Origin: Heptranchias perlo
Lineage: Eukaryota
Length of the DNA: 64,000 bases
Direction: 5' to 3'
NCBI RefSeq assembly: GCF_035084215.1
Contig: NC_090359.1
Location: 15,872,001 to 15,936,000, forward strand
The notes below the pieces were generated by a model. It worked only from the letters and a program-made list of their open reading frames with translations, did not search any database and was not told the origin of the DNA. Within the stretch, counting starts at the first letter, position 1. Every line of letters begins with the position of its first letter. The position numbers and the translations under genes are program-made. Positions 21,587-39,120 of the stretch are shown here, in pieces.

Positions 21587-24319
21587 ATGGCCTCCCAAGT
21601 GTGTCAGAACTATCACAAGGAGTGTGAGGATGGTGTCAACAAGCAGATCAATATGGAGCTCTATTCCTCCTATGTTTATCTTTCTATGGTGAGTTTTCTA
21701 TCTGAGGTATTATTTCAAAATTATGGCTGTGGTGTCATTTTAATCTGAGCAGGTAGAATTCTCTGAAAATGAATTGGCTTTGGAGTGTACCTCTGTGACC
21801 CTCCCAATTTTTTTTCTGATTTTGGTTCTGAGCTGCCAGTTATCTTCAATCTCTGTCCTCTGGTTACTGACCCACCTACCAGTGGAAACAGTTCCTCTTA
21901 ATTTCCTCTATCAAAACCCTTCATATATTTTGAACACCTCCATTAAATCTCCCTTTAACTTTTTCTGTTCTAAGGAGAACAATCCCAGTTTCTCTAGTCT
22001 CCCTCATCCCTGTAGGTTGAATGTGGAAATGAAAATTAAATCCAAAAGCATTATTGCTTTCCTGTTTTCTATTACTACAACCTCTTGTCTTGTTGAGCTA
22101 CTTCACAGGGAGGGACTTTCAACATATTCAGTAAAGATCAATGAAGCAAAGTGAGATTGACTTTTAAGAAAAATGCTTTTTTTTTTAGACACTGAGCCCC
22201 TTAATTCCAAGCACTGTGGCAGAGAATGGGTAATTTGTCTACTGTGATGTTGCTGCCATTTTGAATTGGCCATTAATGAGATCTCTGTCTGACCTGACTC
22301 TTCCATTTTATCTCTCTAGTCTTATTACTTTGACCGGGATGATGTTGCCCTGCGTCACTTTGCTGAGTTCTTCAAGGAGCAGTCACATGAGGAACGGGAG
22401 CACGCTGAGAAACTGCTGAAATTCCAGAATCGGCGTGGGGGCCGAATCATCTTGGAGGACATTAAGGTTCGGTTCAGCAAACTGAAGAATTGCCTTGGTT
22501 TTGTGAAAAGTGGACTAGTTTGGTCTTGCTCAATAGATTTTCAATTGAGTTGTCTGGAGGAGGATTAATATTATAAAAATGGATCCTCAAAGTAGGAGAT
22601 TTCAGGCTCTAATTTAAGTGAGAAATTAGAAGTAACCTTGTGACACCAGCAAAACTGTGTGGAGCAGGAGGCAGAGTTGGGATCAAATCGATCAACTTTG
22701 AGTAGATCATGACAATTAGTGCTAATGCTCTGTAATTGCAAATAGTGGCATAGTGAGCTCTGAAGAGCAAAAATTGAGGGAGCAAGTGGATGATTTTGAT
22801 GGTCGATGCAGTTTAATGAAGTAGTCCACATCAGATGGCAGTATGAGCAAAGGGATTAGGGAGTCTCGAGGACAAATGTCAAGTTAGCTTGTAGGTGGAA
22901 TAAAAGACTAATTGGGTTCATCCCGAGGCACAGAATTTAAAAGCAAGGAAGTGTTAGTGCTAGTTAGACCTCATTGGAATGATCTTTCTTGGGATACCTG
23001 AAAGCATATACTGCTGTGAATGAAGTGCAACAACTCATTCCCAGGGTATCTCGTAGGATGAACAGACTAGTAGAACCTGTGTGGTCCCCTGGTTTGGGGA
23101 ATCTAGAAGTGACATTGACTTGTGATCCTACTAATGCCTGTTATGCTCAAGGACAAGTAATTTTCAATTTCATATACTAACCACTTATTTAGTTGTTGAC
23201 TAGAATAATTTTTTCTCCATTCTTAATCTTCCCTTTCCAGAAGCCAGAGCAGGATGAGTGGAGCAATGGTCTGGAGGCGATGCAGAGAGCTCTGCAGATG
23301 GAGAAGAATGTGAACCAGAGTCTGCTGGATCTGCACAAACTGTCCACTGAGAGGACAGACCCTCATGTAAGTCCTTAATGTCCATAAAAGGATTTGCATT
23401 TATATAGTTTTTCAGGATGTCTCAAAGTGCTTTACAGCAAACAAGCTATTTTTGAAGTGTAGTCACTGGTGTAATGAGGGAACAGGGCAGACAATTTGCA
23501 CATGGCAAGGTCCCACCCACAGTGATGTCCAGGTAATCTGTTAGTTGGTTAAGGGCTGCTAGCCAGGACACTGGAGAAAACTCCCCTGCTGTTATTCAAA
23601 TAATGCCAGGGGTTCTTTTGCATTCAGCTGAGGGCAGATGCAGCCTCTAGTTAACATCTCATCTGAAAGATGGCCCTTCTGACCATGCAGCATTCCCTCA
23701 CTTCTGCAGTGAAGTGTGAGCTTGGATTGTGCTCCACACTCTGGAGTGGACTTGAATCTCTGGCACGAGTGCTACCATTGCCAACAATTGGTATGTTTGT
23801 TTTTGGGTGATTTGAAGACTCTCCGCTTAATCTGTGATGATATTTAGAAATGTTTCTCTATCCAGTAGCTTTGTGTTGATCTTTCACAAGAGAATGCAAC
23901 ACTGGAATCTTCTTAAAATGGGTTAGTGCATTAAGGGTTTAGGGCACTCCAGTAAATTCTTTTAAAAATACTAATCAGTGGTTCCAACTCTAAATTAATA
24001 AATATATTTCCTCCAGGAGTAATGCAATCTGACACACAATCCACCAATCTGTGCAGGAGTTGTACCAGTTATCCAGTCCAGAAGAGGATCATGAATAATC
24101 CCCAGGGGAGGTTAAGCTCAGACCCTGGATATTGTCTCCTCTGAGCTAATGTACTTCATATTTTTCTTCCAGTTGTGTGACTTCCTGGAGACCCACTACT
24201 TGGATGAACAAGTGAAGATGATCAAGAAGCTTGGAGATCACATCACCAACCTGAAGAGACTGGGAGCCCCTGAGAATGGCATGGGAGTGTACCTGTTTGA
24301 CAAGCACAGCCTGCATTGA
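21587..24319 (+). CDS. Ferritin H/M-type subunit copy 1 (173 aa). Exons 21587-21688, 22320-22466, 23241-23366, 24173-24319
   Basis: [10 protein letters not shown]...[31 protein letters not shown] (ferroxidase-equivalent residues intact); canonical 4-exon structure; AATAAA at 24405. Confidence 0.95.
23420..23780 (-). mobile_element. SINE in ferritin 1 intron 3
   Basis: Homologous to 35960-36320 and 57930-58330. Confidence 0.55.
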
Positions 24320-26159
24320 CTGGGATTCTATAACCATTAGTTCTATACTTGGTGAATGCTTTGCTTGTGGTTATTTTCCAGTTTTCTCACCTGTTGTACA
24401 TGGCAATAAAAGCTATTCATCAAACTGGTTTGTCTTTGTTGTATAATTAAGTATCTGATCTGATTATCCAGATCACAAAGCTACCCACTGCACCACACCC
24501 AGCTGAGGAACTTATGATCCAAGTTAGAACTTTCTCCAGGTGTAAAAATATAAAAACCCCTCCTGGTCCAGCTTCCTGACTTGACTCTGTGCCAATCCAG
24601 GATGGTTATGATCACATCTCCAAATTGTTACTGGGATGCCTGAAATACATAATTTCTACAACTACAATCTCAGTAAACAATTCCTGCAGAAAAGGGGTTT
24701 TCATAACATCTGCAAGCAAGACAACATCAATATGTTGTGCTTTAAAACAACAAAAGGGGAGGTGTGGCTGGAGAAAGATGAATATGTCAGGACAAGGGAG
24801 GGGATCCCTGCAATTTTGCTGTAGTCTGATGCCATAAGTCACTCACTAGGTTGCTCGAGTTGTGGCCTGTACAAAGTATACTGTTGACAACCCTAGAGTC
24901 TTCCTTTGGGCAGACTGTCCTGTTTAACGTTCCCTCATCCAGGGCAATATTTGCCCATTCTTTGTGTTTGAGTAAACCAGCTGTTTGCAGAAAACACCAA
25001 ACTGCAGTCTGTCCTGTGTGGTGTTTGTTGTTGGGTAACCTGTGCTGGTAGAGGAATCATTTGATTTCATTTCTATCACCCAACAACTTGAACTGCCTTC
25101 CTTTTGATCATTGCATTACTAACTGTTAAATGGAGCCACAAGTTAATTGTAATCCAATAGTTACTGTACATTATCTTCCATACTTCATGTATTCTTTCTA
25201 ACTACCACAACTTGTACAAAAACACTGCCCTTAACCCACAAATAGTGTGATTTTTTTTTTCCTGAAGGTATCAGAAATGAAACCATAAAGTTTGTGAGCC
25301 CACTACATAAATATTCTCTTGGACTGAGGTTGCAGACAAAGGGATCTGTTATACATGGTTACACTACCTACAAATTAAACATTGGCTTGACTCGCAGGGG
25401 ATGGAGGATGTCTGTATGAGCAAGACTGGATAACAGGGTAGGCCTATGGGATTAAGACGACTGCTTGTGTGAAAGATAAACACCAACATGAACTGGTTGG
25501 GCCAAACAGCCTGTTTCGGTGTAAGTTTTATGCAATTCACTCTTCTCTGTTCTTGAGGCTTTGTGATCCTTGTATTCAATGCCTGATAGTTGGACCAGAG
25601 ATACAACAGGAGATGGACAAGATACTGCAGATATTGGAAAACTCAAACACACAGAAAATGCTGAACATACTCACCAGATCAGGCAACATTGGTCTCGAAA
25701 ACAGGAGACAGTTGACATATCAGATATAAAACGTTTCCTCACAACAGACTCGAGATTTGCAGGAGATGAATAAACAGTGCAAACTAAACACTGGACTTTA
25801 CAGGTTCTAAATTTCATGGGGATAAAACTCCACATCGCACTTTACAGTGATGGAGCAACAGAGTTCTGTTTGACGATCCCAACTGATCCAATTTCCATTT
25901 CCCCAACTCGTTGTCGGTTGGTTTGCGGACTCACTGCGGACTTTCTGGTGAAGGTCAATCTCCTTCAATCTATTGCGGTGATCAACATTGTGAATCTGGG
26001 TATAACGGACTCTTTCAGGACACACCAAGATGCCCATCAATTGTCCAAGAGACAGGATAACTCAGAACCAAATGTGCTCGACACCATCTACGGGATGGGA
26101 TTTCCATTTGTAAACTCATCGATCTCTTTGATATATGTTGTGAAGCTCTGATTCTGGGA

Positions 26160-26464
26160 ACAGAGATGTTATCAGATTCAGTTTGAGGACTCAATAACTG
26201 GGATGACATTGGAGGCCATTGTTGGATCCAAGGAGCCGATCAGTCCTTTGAGGAAAACAACAGCAATGACATCACAGAATAATCATCCAATCCTGCCTGT
26301 ATTCCAAAGCTCTGATTGGCTCTGGGAATCAACTCGCCCCCTCTCTCCTTTGTTAATTGGTGCCTGGATTCATGGAAGATTCCTGATTGGCTATCAGGGA
26401 TTGTCAATCATCATTGGTGATGTCATACCCTGTGTAAATGCAGGCTGTCCCAGTAGTATCAATA
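26160..26464 (+). promoter_or_regulatory. Ferritin 2 promoter; TATA altered to TATCAATA (26457-26464)
   Basis: Paralogous to ferritin 1 promoter, CCAAT boxes retained. Confidence 0.6.
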
Positions 26465-26545
26465 CAAGAGCTTGTGAGGGAAGAGGTTAGGTTGTTTCAT
26501 GCAGTGGTGTTTGAAGTGAGGTTTCTGTTAACAGTAAAAGTGAAG

Positions 26546-28768
<2,223 letters not shown>

Positions 28769-30761
28769 CTGGACTGTTGTCCATGTTGCAGATATTCAAC
28801 TTGTGTATTGAAGTTTTATGTTGCCATCTCTCTGAACTGGGAATGGAATTCAAAGTCTAAGATTAACTTCCAAACATTGTAGTTGAGTGTTCTTGCAGCT
28901 GAAATAAAACATTTTGATGTTGAACTGGTTCCTTTTCTTCAGTAATTGAGCACATTCTAACACCAATGCACGTGGCCTTGCGTCAAACAAAAAAACATTC
29001 TAAGAAATAGGTTGTCACCGTGATAAAATCTGATTTGTTTGGGCACATGGATGTTTTAACCCCTTCCCCTCCAGAAGGCTTAATTTGGTTTTGTAGCAGC
29101 CTAGGATGGCCATCAGGCCAAAATTAGATTTGTACCTAACAGCTTTCAATATTTGGTGTTCTGTAGTAGAGATTAAAGTGTAATCTGATTACAGTAAGAC
29201 CTCTTCCTCCACATAGGCTTGAATCCCTTTTGGAGAGTGTGCATTTTTTTATTACTATTCGTTCATGGGATGTGGGCATCAATGGTGATTACAGTAGTTA
29301 ACCTTCTGAATAAACAACCCCACACATTGCTGCTGACTTGTCCATTGTAGGACATGAGGGAAGTGTTCCCTGAAGCAGGTATTCAAATTTAAGTAGTTAC
29401 AAAAATCCTGGAGCAAAGTAAGACCAAATCTCCAATTGTTCCTGCTAGGGTTACCTGGCTCTTTCCTCCTTCTCTTCAGCCCATCTTTTTCTTCCTGTGC
29501 AGAACTTTGGTCCAGCTCCTGCTATTTGTTTCAATCTCAATTTTTATTTTCCAGTCTCTGTTCACCTCATGCACCTTTTATATCCTGGACCCCATAGCCT
29601 CTAAAATACTTCCATTTGCTGTTGCAAATCTAAGAGCCCCTCTAAGTTTCCCTTGCTGGATTGTGTTTCATTAAACAGTTCTTGACCCATTCCCCTCTCC
29701 TTGCGAATACAATCTTTGTGTAATCTTATTTGGCCTGGAACCAAATAACACTAGATCCCAATTGCCAAAACTGCCACTTGTCAGTCCACTGAAGAGTTGG
29801 AGAATAGAGCCATCTAATTAAAGGCTAAACCACCAACTACTTGGTCTGTTTAAAGCTTTAACTGAGTTTGCACCAGTGATGTTCAGGTTATTCTCACACA
29901 GGGATCATATGATCAGATCAGTCCATCGACCCCACTTTTCATTGCTTCATCTTTCCTTCACTAGGTTCCACCTTTGATTTTTTTTTAGCCTGCTGTTTGT
30001 TGTTGATCCGACAGTATTCTGATGTGATCTGGAACACAAAATATCCACGGAGCCCCATCCTTCCCTGACCGGATTTAGGGAAATATCAGTAACTCCCCTT
30101 TCTAATGAGAAAATTCACCACTCGACTCTTTCCACTTGGTGTTTGACTGTCCAAAAAGTACAAGAGATTAATCATTGAAACAAGGGATTACCAAACCCAG
30201 GAAATACCAGATAGTCTGTTCACCACTGTCGCTCACTGTATATACAACCAACACTACACACAGTGTTTGCCTCTCACCGCAATCCCTCCCAACACCAAAC
30301 CCCCCACCCCCCAAATCCCTTCAGTCAATGGTCCACAGTCTCTTCCCCGTGGAGTGCTCTGCATTTTATTGTTTGTAAAATGTCATGATGACAAAACAAG
30401 AACTCAACATGCCGTGGCCCCCTTCACTTTCCAGCCGATGTGTGTACAGATGCTCACTGACCCTAGAATTGATGGAGTATTGAAGGACTTGTGTTTAACA
30501 CGTTCATCACACCCACTTTCCATTCGCCTGACTCGCTGTTGGTTGTTGTTCACAGGCTCTGATCTGTTTGGATGTTGCCTCAAACCCGCAGCTACTTGCC
30601 AAATAACCAACTCACGGATCCATCCAGAATTATTCAAAGACACTGACCCGCAAACAACAATTAAACCTGTGGTTCTGGATCTTTGAACCGTCACGATCAG
30701 TGACCATAACCGATGGGATGGGGGCAGATCCACCAATTGACAATTTGGTCCATTATGGTCA

Positions 30762-31010
30762 AGTGCCCGGGTGGCCCCGGAGAGGGAGCATGTGGTGTCC
30801 ACCGTTACGCTTGATGCCTTCCGCGACCGCTGGGCACCGCAGGGTATAGACTGTCTTTCAGACATCAATAATAGAATCCTGATTTAATTGGGAAAGTATC
30901 CTGTTGTTTTTGGTGGCACTTGATGCTTATTTTGGTATCTTTTCAGTTTGATTGGACCATCCAATATTAGTGGTGCCCTGAGAGGGCCACTTGTGATGGT
31001 TTATGTTTGG
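30762..31010 (+). mobile_element. 3' fragment of a different Tx1 subfamily
   Basis: Encodes ARVAPEREHVVSTVTLDAFRDRWAPQGIDC...ILI-stop, like the ORF2 end, with a different 3' UTR. Confidence 0.75.
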
Positions 31011-31090
31011 TGACCCTGGGGCAACCCAGAGTCTCCCTTATTGGTCCATCAAAGAAAGGTCGATTATGGTCAAGAATATGGTCACTATCA

Positions 31091-31308
31091 GATTTTTTTT
31101 TCTTTGGAGTGTGGGATGGAAGAGCAGCCATGGTTTTTTTTCTTTTCCTTTTTTTGTGTTTTAGGCCCCCCTTTTATAAGAAGGGGAGGGGGGGTTTGGT
31201 TGTGTTTATGTGCAGTAAATCAATAAACCCAAAATAAGTGTCAAATTATAATTTTATTACATCGATCCAGGATGCACTCCAGTCCCTGCGGTGCCCACCG
31301 GTTACGGA
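31091..31308 (-). mobile_element. 5'-truncated Tx1 3' end with tag-containing tail, flanked by CAGATTT
   Basis: ORF2 end + hairpin (31163-31190); cagattt at 31089 and 31311. Confidence 0.8.
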
Positions 31309-31310
31309 AA

Positions 31311-31531
31311 CAGATTTTACAGTTTGAGGAAAGTCAAAGCAATTGGATCTTTATTGAATTGTCAGCCAATGATGCTCCTCCTTCAAAGTTCTGACTGGCT
31401 CTGGGTGTCATCTCCCCTCCTCCCTTTTCTTGATTGGTGTTCTGAGAGAGGATGTAATTTCTGATTGGGTATTGCCAACTGTCACTCATCATCTAGGCTG
31501 CCACGCCCAGGATTAACCAGCAGTATAAATA
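31311..31531 (+). promoter_or_regulatory. Ferritin 3 promoter: CCAAT/ATTGG boxes and TATAAATA (31524-31531)
   Basis: Several CCAAT/ATTGG motifs; TATA 82 nt upstream of ATG. Confidence 0.6.
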
Positions 31532-31605
31532 TGGAGCTTTGAGTGGCTGTTTTTCAGTTTCTTGCTTCAATAGAGTTGTTTAGTTTTGTTAAAGTTAATT
31601 TAAAG

Positions 31606-34158
<2,553 letters not shown>

Positions 34159-35524
34159 ACTGACTGCAGGGATAAAGCTTATTGTTCAGTACTCCTGTTT
34201 ATAGTCTGAAGAACCCCTATCCTGTAGCAATGGTGACTTTGTACTAAGAGCTCTGAGACCTGGGCTCTTGATGTGAAATGTAATAGTAACTGGAAATAAA
34301 CTGTTACAGAAGACTGGGTTTTGGCTCCTTGTAAATTGAGTGATTGCTTATTTTTCAGATTAACATAATTCAGCTGTTGTAACAAATTACATTGGGCTAT
34401 GTATTGGCTTTAGGGTGAGATTCTGCCCTATGACATTTTTTCTTCTGGGGTCATATCAATGTAGTGACTTGGGTGTTGAGGGCCAATGTGTCTGCCTTGA
34501 GTGTAAATTGTATTTATGCAGTAAAATGATTACTGCTGATTTCAATGCAAAGAACAATACAGTAATGAGTTACTGTTCCTATTAGTACTGCATATTATCA
34601 ACTGTTTAACTCATTAATGATGCAAAATCAGCTGCTGTAACATTTTGTTCCAATAAAACACAAGGAAAGTGAACTAGTAATTTCAGTCCAATAGGCAATT
34701 TTTTTAAGAATAGTATCTGCCTGGGGAAGAACAATCCAGATGCTTTTTTTTCAAAGATGCTACAGACCTCAGTAGGTAGTTGGGGTAGCTTATGAAATCA
34801 CTCACTATTACTCCTAATAAACTGTTTGTTTGGAGTCAAATAGGTCTCATATGGGGGAGTGCAGGTTCCCTGTTTGTCTATTTCCCTTCATTTTCATCTT
34901 CTGCCCCCCCAACCCCCTGTTAATCTCCCCCATGAATAATAAATTGGGTATGGTACAGAAAAAATACCTCGAACTAAACTCCAGCAAACAAAATCTTCCT
35001 TCTGGGAGACGTAGTAAATGCACCAAACAACTAACTTGAACCATTAAGTTGAATAGATAAGGCTCCTAAACTCTTCCATACCACTACTGTTCGATCAATT
35101 CATAAACCCAATATAAGCAGCTCATCCATAAATCTATCAATTTGTATTTATCCCATTGTGCAGTTAATACTAGATTACAATTCTAAATTCTACTGGATCA
35201 CCATTTCATTTAAACCAAGTTAAATAGATATTTTGCCTGAAACTCCACATCCCAATGCCATCAATTCATAAACACAATACAATCAGCTCCTCCATAAATG
35301 TGTCGATTTGCCTATAGTCCTATTGTGCGTTCCATACCAAATTGTAATCAACCTTTCCAAATCCTATGGGTTCTCCATTCATCTCCTTCACCCCTATGAA
35401 TGGATTCAAATGTTGATGCTGTAGCTGTAATTATCCAGTGTTTCCAAGTGAAGTTTAGGAACTTGTGACTTGCACTGGGTGTGATAGAATTGCCGTCTTC
35501 AGTCAGTCCATGTTAATATCTTTA

Positions 35525-35820
35525 TATTGATGGAGTAAATAAGGGGAAACTGATTCCAGTAGCAGACCGGTTAGTAACCAGCAAACACAGATTTAAGGTG
35601 ATTGGTAAAAGAACCAGAAGTGACACGAAACTTTTTTCAGTGTTCTGATCTGGAATGCATTGCCTCATCGGGTGGTGGAAGCAGATTTAATAACTTTCAA
35701 AAGGAAATTGGATAAATACTTGAAGGGGGAAAGAGCAGGGGAGTGGGACTAATTGGATAGCTCTTTCAAAGAGGCAGCATAGGCACAATGGGCTGAATGG
35801 CTTCTTTCTGTGCTGTAATA
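35525..35820 (+). mobile_element. CR1 LINE 3' fragment
   Basis: Same family as 45500-45900 (gatctggaatgcattgcct...gggctgaatggcttc). Confidence 0.6.
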
Positions 35821-35959
35821 GTAGGATATTATGATCTCTAAAGGCACTTTTGGGATATCAATGTCACCACATTTCATACGTTGTTGAGCCATAATTTTAC
35901 GAGTCAGTGTGGATTATCTGGTAGCTTTGACTGCTGCATAGTTCGCACCTTTGAGGTGT

Positions 35960-36320
35960 AGTCACTGTTGTAAGGTAAGAAATGCGGCAGTCAATTTGCC
36001 TCCAGCAAGGACCCAAAAACAGCAATGAAATATTGACCTGATAATCTGTTTTAGTGATGTTAGTTGAGGGATAAATATTGGTCCAGATATTGGGGAGAAC
36101 TCCGCTGCTCTTCCTCGAAATAGTGCTGTGGGATATTTTACGTCCACCTGAGAGAGCAGATGAGGCCTCGATTTAATATCACATCCAAAAGACGGCACCT
36201 CCGACAGTACAGCACTCCCTTAGTCAGCCTAGATTATGTGCTCAAGTCTCGAGATGATGACTTGAACCCACAACCTTCTGACTCTGAGGTGAGAGTGCTG
36301 CCACTGAGCCACAGCTGACA
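35960..36320 (-). mobile_element. SINE (possibly Deu-domain type)
   Basis: tRNA-like head on minus strand near 36260-36320; recurs elsewhere in window. Family assignment is from memory. Confidence 0.55.
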
Positions 36321-36749
36321 CAAATGGAGATGTTTGTGTGGGTGACATTGCATTCAGTAATCTTCACTGCCTCTCATTCTCGCTGAATATCCTGAATTTT
36401 ACCAAACAACATTTCATGAGAATCAAAACTAAAAATGATGCATCCCACAATGCTTTGCCCAGTTGATGCCCCCATGCTGCCAATCCTCAGACACACCCAT
36501 TCTCTATATTAGAACTGGGGACGATTCACACCATCCATGGGATGGAATTTCCATTTCTCTGACCAATGGATGGTTTGCAAATTCACTCAAGACAACTTGA
36601 TTGCTTTGAATATTGTCTCAACATCACAATCACTAACAAGTAATAAACTTGACCAGATTATGAAAAGCCACTTCAGTGAAAATATCAAATTATTATCAAA
36701 TAATTCAAAGTTATGATACCAAGAGATTGAAACAAAGAGAAACTTTCAG

Positions 36750-38595
36750 ATTTTTTGTTTTCTTTTTTTTTCACTTTCAGATTTATTTTTTTCCTTTTTT
36801 ATTTTTTTTTTATTTTGTTAGGCCCCCCTTTTATAAGAAGGGGTGTGTGGGGTGTGCTTAAATACTAAAACCAAACAAACCAAAACCAAGTGTTCAAATT
36901 AAAATTTTATTCTCTTCGTCCAGGATACACTCCAGCCCCTGCGGTGCCCACCGGTCGTGGAAAGCCTCGAGCGGACCGGCAGACACCGCGTGCTCCATCT
37001 CCAGGGCCACCCGGGCGCTGAGCATTCCGCGGAAGAGAGGCAGACAGGCCGAGCGACCGCCCCCACGGACCACGATCATCCTAGACCTGTGGATGGCCAC
37101 CTTGGACAGGCCCAGGAGCAGGCCCACGAGAACGTCCACCAACCTGCCCGCTCCCCTCCTCACCGGGCGGCCAAAGATCAGGAGCGTGGGACTGAAATGC
37201 AGCCAGAACATGAGGAGCAGCCCCTTCAAATAATCAAACAGGGGCTGCAGTCTCGCACACCCAGTGTACAGATGGAACACGGACTCCTCCAGGCCGCAGA
37301 AATCACAAGCGGCCTGGGTGTACGTGAAATGGCGTAACCGCTGGTTGCAGGCGACTGCTCCGTGCAACACTCTCCACCCCAGATCCCCGATGGAACACGG
37401 GAGGATCCCTGAGTAGAGAGTCCCCCACTGGGAATCCCCGTCTCCGCCGGACGGCAGGATGGTACGCCAGGGCGTGTCCGGCCGAGAGACGAGGGCGAGG
37501 AAGTGGATGGTGTGCAGGAGCAGCCCGTACAGGAAATCCCTCCGCGCGGTGTGAAACGGCACGTAGGGAATTTCCGAGAGACGACTCAAGTTGTGAGGCG
37601 CGGCCCCCCGAGGGAGGTTCCGGGGTTTGGCGCCGAGGAGGAACTCCGTCCGAACGGGGGTCAGGTCGGACGGGATGGCTCCGCACGCCTGAGCCGCCTC
37701 CACATCCCGAGTGGAGTCAGGGCCGAGCGCCGATTTCAACGCCCGGATGGCGATGGCCGCGTCCCCGGCACGCCACGAGGACATCCGTGCGGCGAGCGCC
37801 CACGGCTCCAACCAACCCGACCCACCGCCATCCAGGACGTCCCTGACTCTGGTCACCCGACCGGCCACGGCCCTCCGCACCGACAGCCGCGAGTGGCCGA
37901 AGCCGATATCGCGGAGGAACGGATTCCCGAGCAGCGGCTCCTGCAGGACGGCCGCGACCCCTGACGGGCGAGAGCTCCGACCGGAGGCGACCATGTTCCA
38001 GACCCTGAGCAGATCCTGGTAAAAGACAGGCAGCTCCTGCAAAGACGTGCGGCCGCCCACCAGCGAGACGAACAGGAGCTGCGTGTCGTAGTTCAGGCCG
38101 TGCAGCTGGCGGAAAAAATACGTCGCCAGCGCACGCCATCTAAGAGGACGCTCAACGTACAGGTATCGCCGCAGCGTCCGAAGGTGGAAAGTTGCCACCT
38201 GGGTGCGGACGCACACCAGCCCCTGACCGCCCTCCCTAAGCGGGAGACTCAGGACCGCGGCAGCGACCCAGTGTATCCCTCTGGCCCAGAAGAAGTCGAC
38301 GAACTTCCTCTGAATCTTGGCGACAAACTCGGGGGGTGGGGTCAAAGTGACCAATCTGTACCACAACATGGCTGCCACCAGCTGGTTTATGACCAGCACT
38401 CGACCCCTGTAGGATAACACTCAGAGCAGTCCTGTCCAGCGCGCCAGGCGAGCGGCGACCTTGGCCTCCAGCTCTTCCCAGTTCGCCGGCCAGGCTTCCT
38501 CGGCAGGGCCGAGGTAGACTCCCAGGTACCGGAGGTGCGTGGTACTCCAGGCGAAAGGCCTGAGCTCCTCCGGCAGGGAGTCCACCCGCCACTGA
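36750..38595 (-). mobile_element. 5'-truncated Tx1 element (3' third of ORF2 + 3' UTR + A-rich tail)
   Basis: ORF 36894-38420 closely matches the C-terminal part of ORF 14588-17794 and has an intact end (...LECILDEENKILI). Confidence 0.93.
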
Positions 38596-38617
38596 CTTAC
38601 CAGAAAACTGGACGAAA

Positions 38618-38941
38618 CTGGAGTGCATCCTGGATATCCACAGGTCCAGGATGCTCGCGGTCCGTGGGGGCGGGTGCTCGGCCTGTCTGCCTCTCTTTCG
38701 CGGGTTGCTCCGCGCCCGGGTGGCCCTGGAGATGGAGCACGCGGTGTCTGCCGGTACGCTTGAGGCTTTCCGCGACCGGTGGGCACTGCAGGGGCTGGAG
38801 TGCATCCTGGACGAGGAAAATAAAATTTTAATTTGATGCCTGGTTTTGTTTTATTTGATTTTTAGTACTTAAGCACACCCGACACCCCCCCCCCTTCTTA
38901 TAAAAGGGGGGCCTAAAAAACACAAAAAAAAGAAAAAAAAA
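38618..38941 (+). mobile_element. Tx1 3' end in opposite orientation, tail abutting ZP3-like gene 2
   Basis: ORF 38651-38836 = ORF2 C-terminus; hairpin 38886-38913; A-rich tail. Confidence 0.9.
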
Positions 38942-38943
38942 GT

Positions 38944-39102
38944 GTGCTGGTTGGTGGGTAAAGTGATAAAAGAAAAAGAAACAAAGGAAAAAAAAAGAGA
39001 AAAAAAAAAGGTGCTGGTTGGTGGGTAAAGTGATAAAAGAAAAAGAAAAAAAGGAAAAAAAAAGAGAAAAAAAGAAGGTGCTGGTTGGTGGGTAAAGTGA
39101 TA
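38944..39102 (+). repeat. Three copies of 25-bp ZP3 leader GTGCTGGTTGGTGGGTAAAGTGATA separated by ~42-nt A-rich spacers (67-bp period)
   Basis: Copies at 38944, 39011, 39078; single copy at 6177-6201 in ZP3 gene 1. Confidence 0.9.
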
Positions 39103-39120
39103 GTTGAGTTATTTGGTATC

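Noticed and set aside
25777-26151. 124-aa ORF upstream of ferritin 2
   Set aside because: No recognisable domain or exon structure
26498-26520. CAGTGG in ferritin 2 leader as an IRE loop
   Set aside because: Flanks do not form the 5-bp upper stem with bulged C
30267-30760. Overlapping 139/154-aa ORFs
   Set aside because: No recognisable homology; part is read-through from a Tx1 fragment
38944-39102. Repeat-spacer pattern resembling a CRISPR array
   Set aside because: Eukaryotic context, spacers are similar A-rich tails, the repeat is the ZP3 leader, and there are no cas genes
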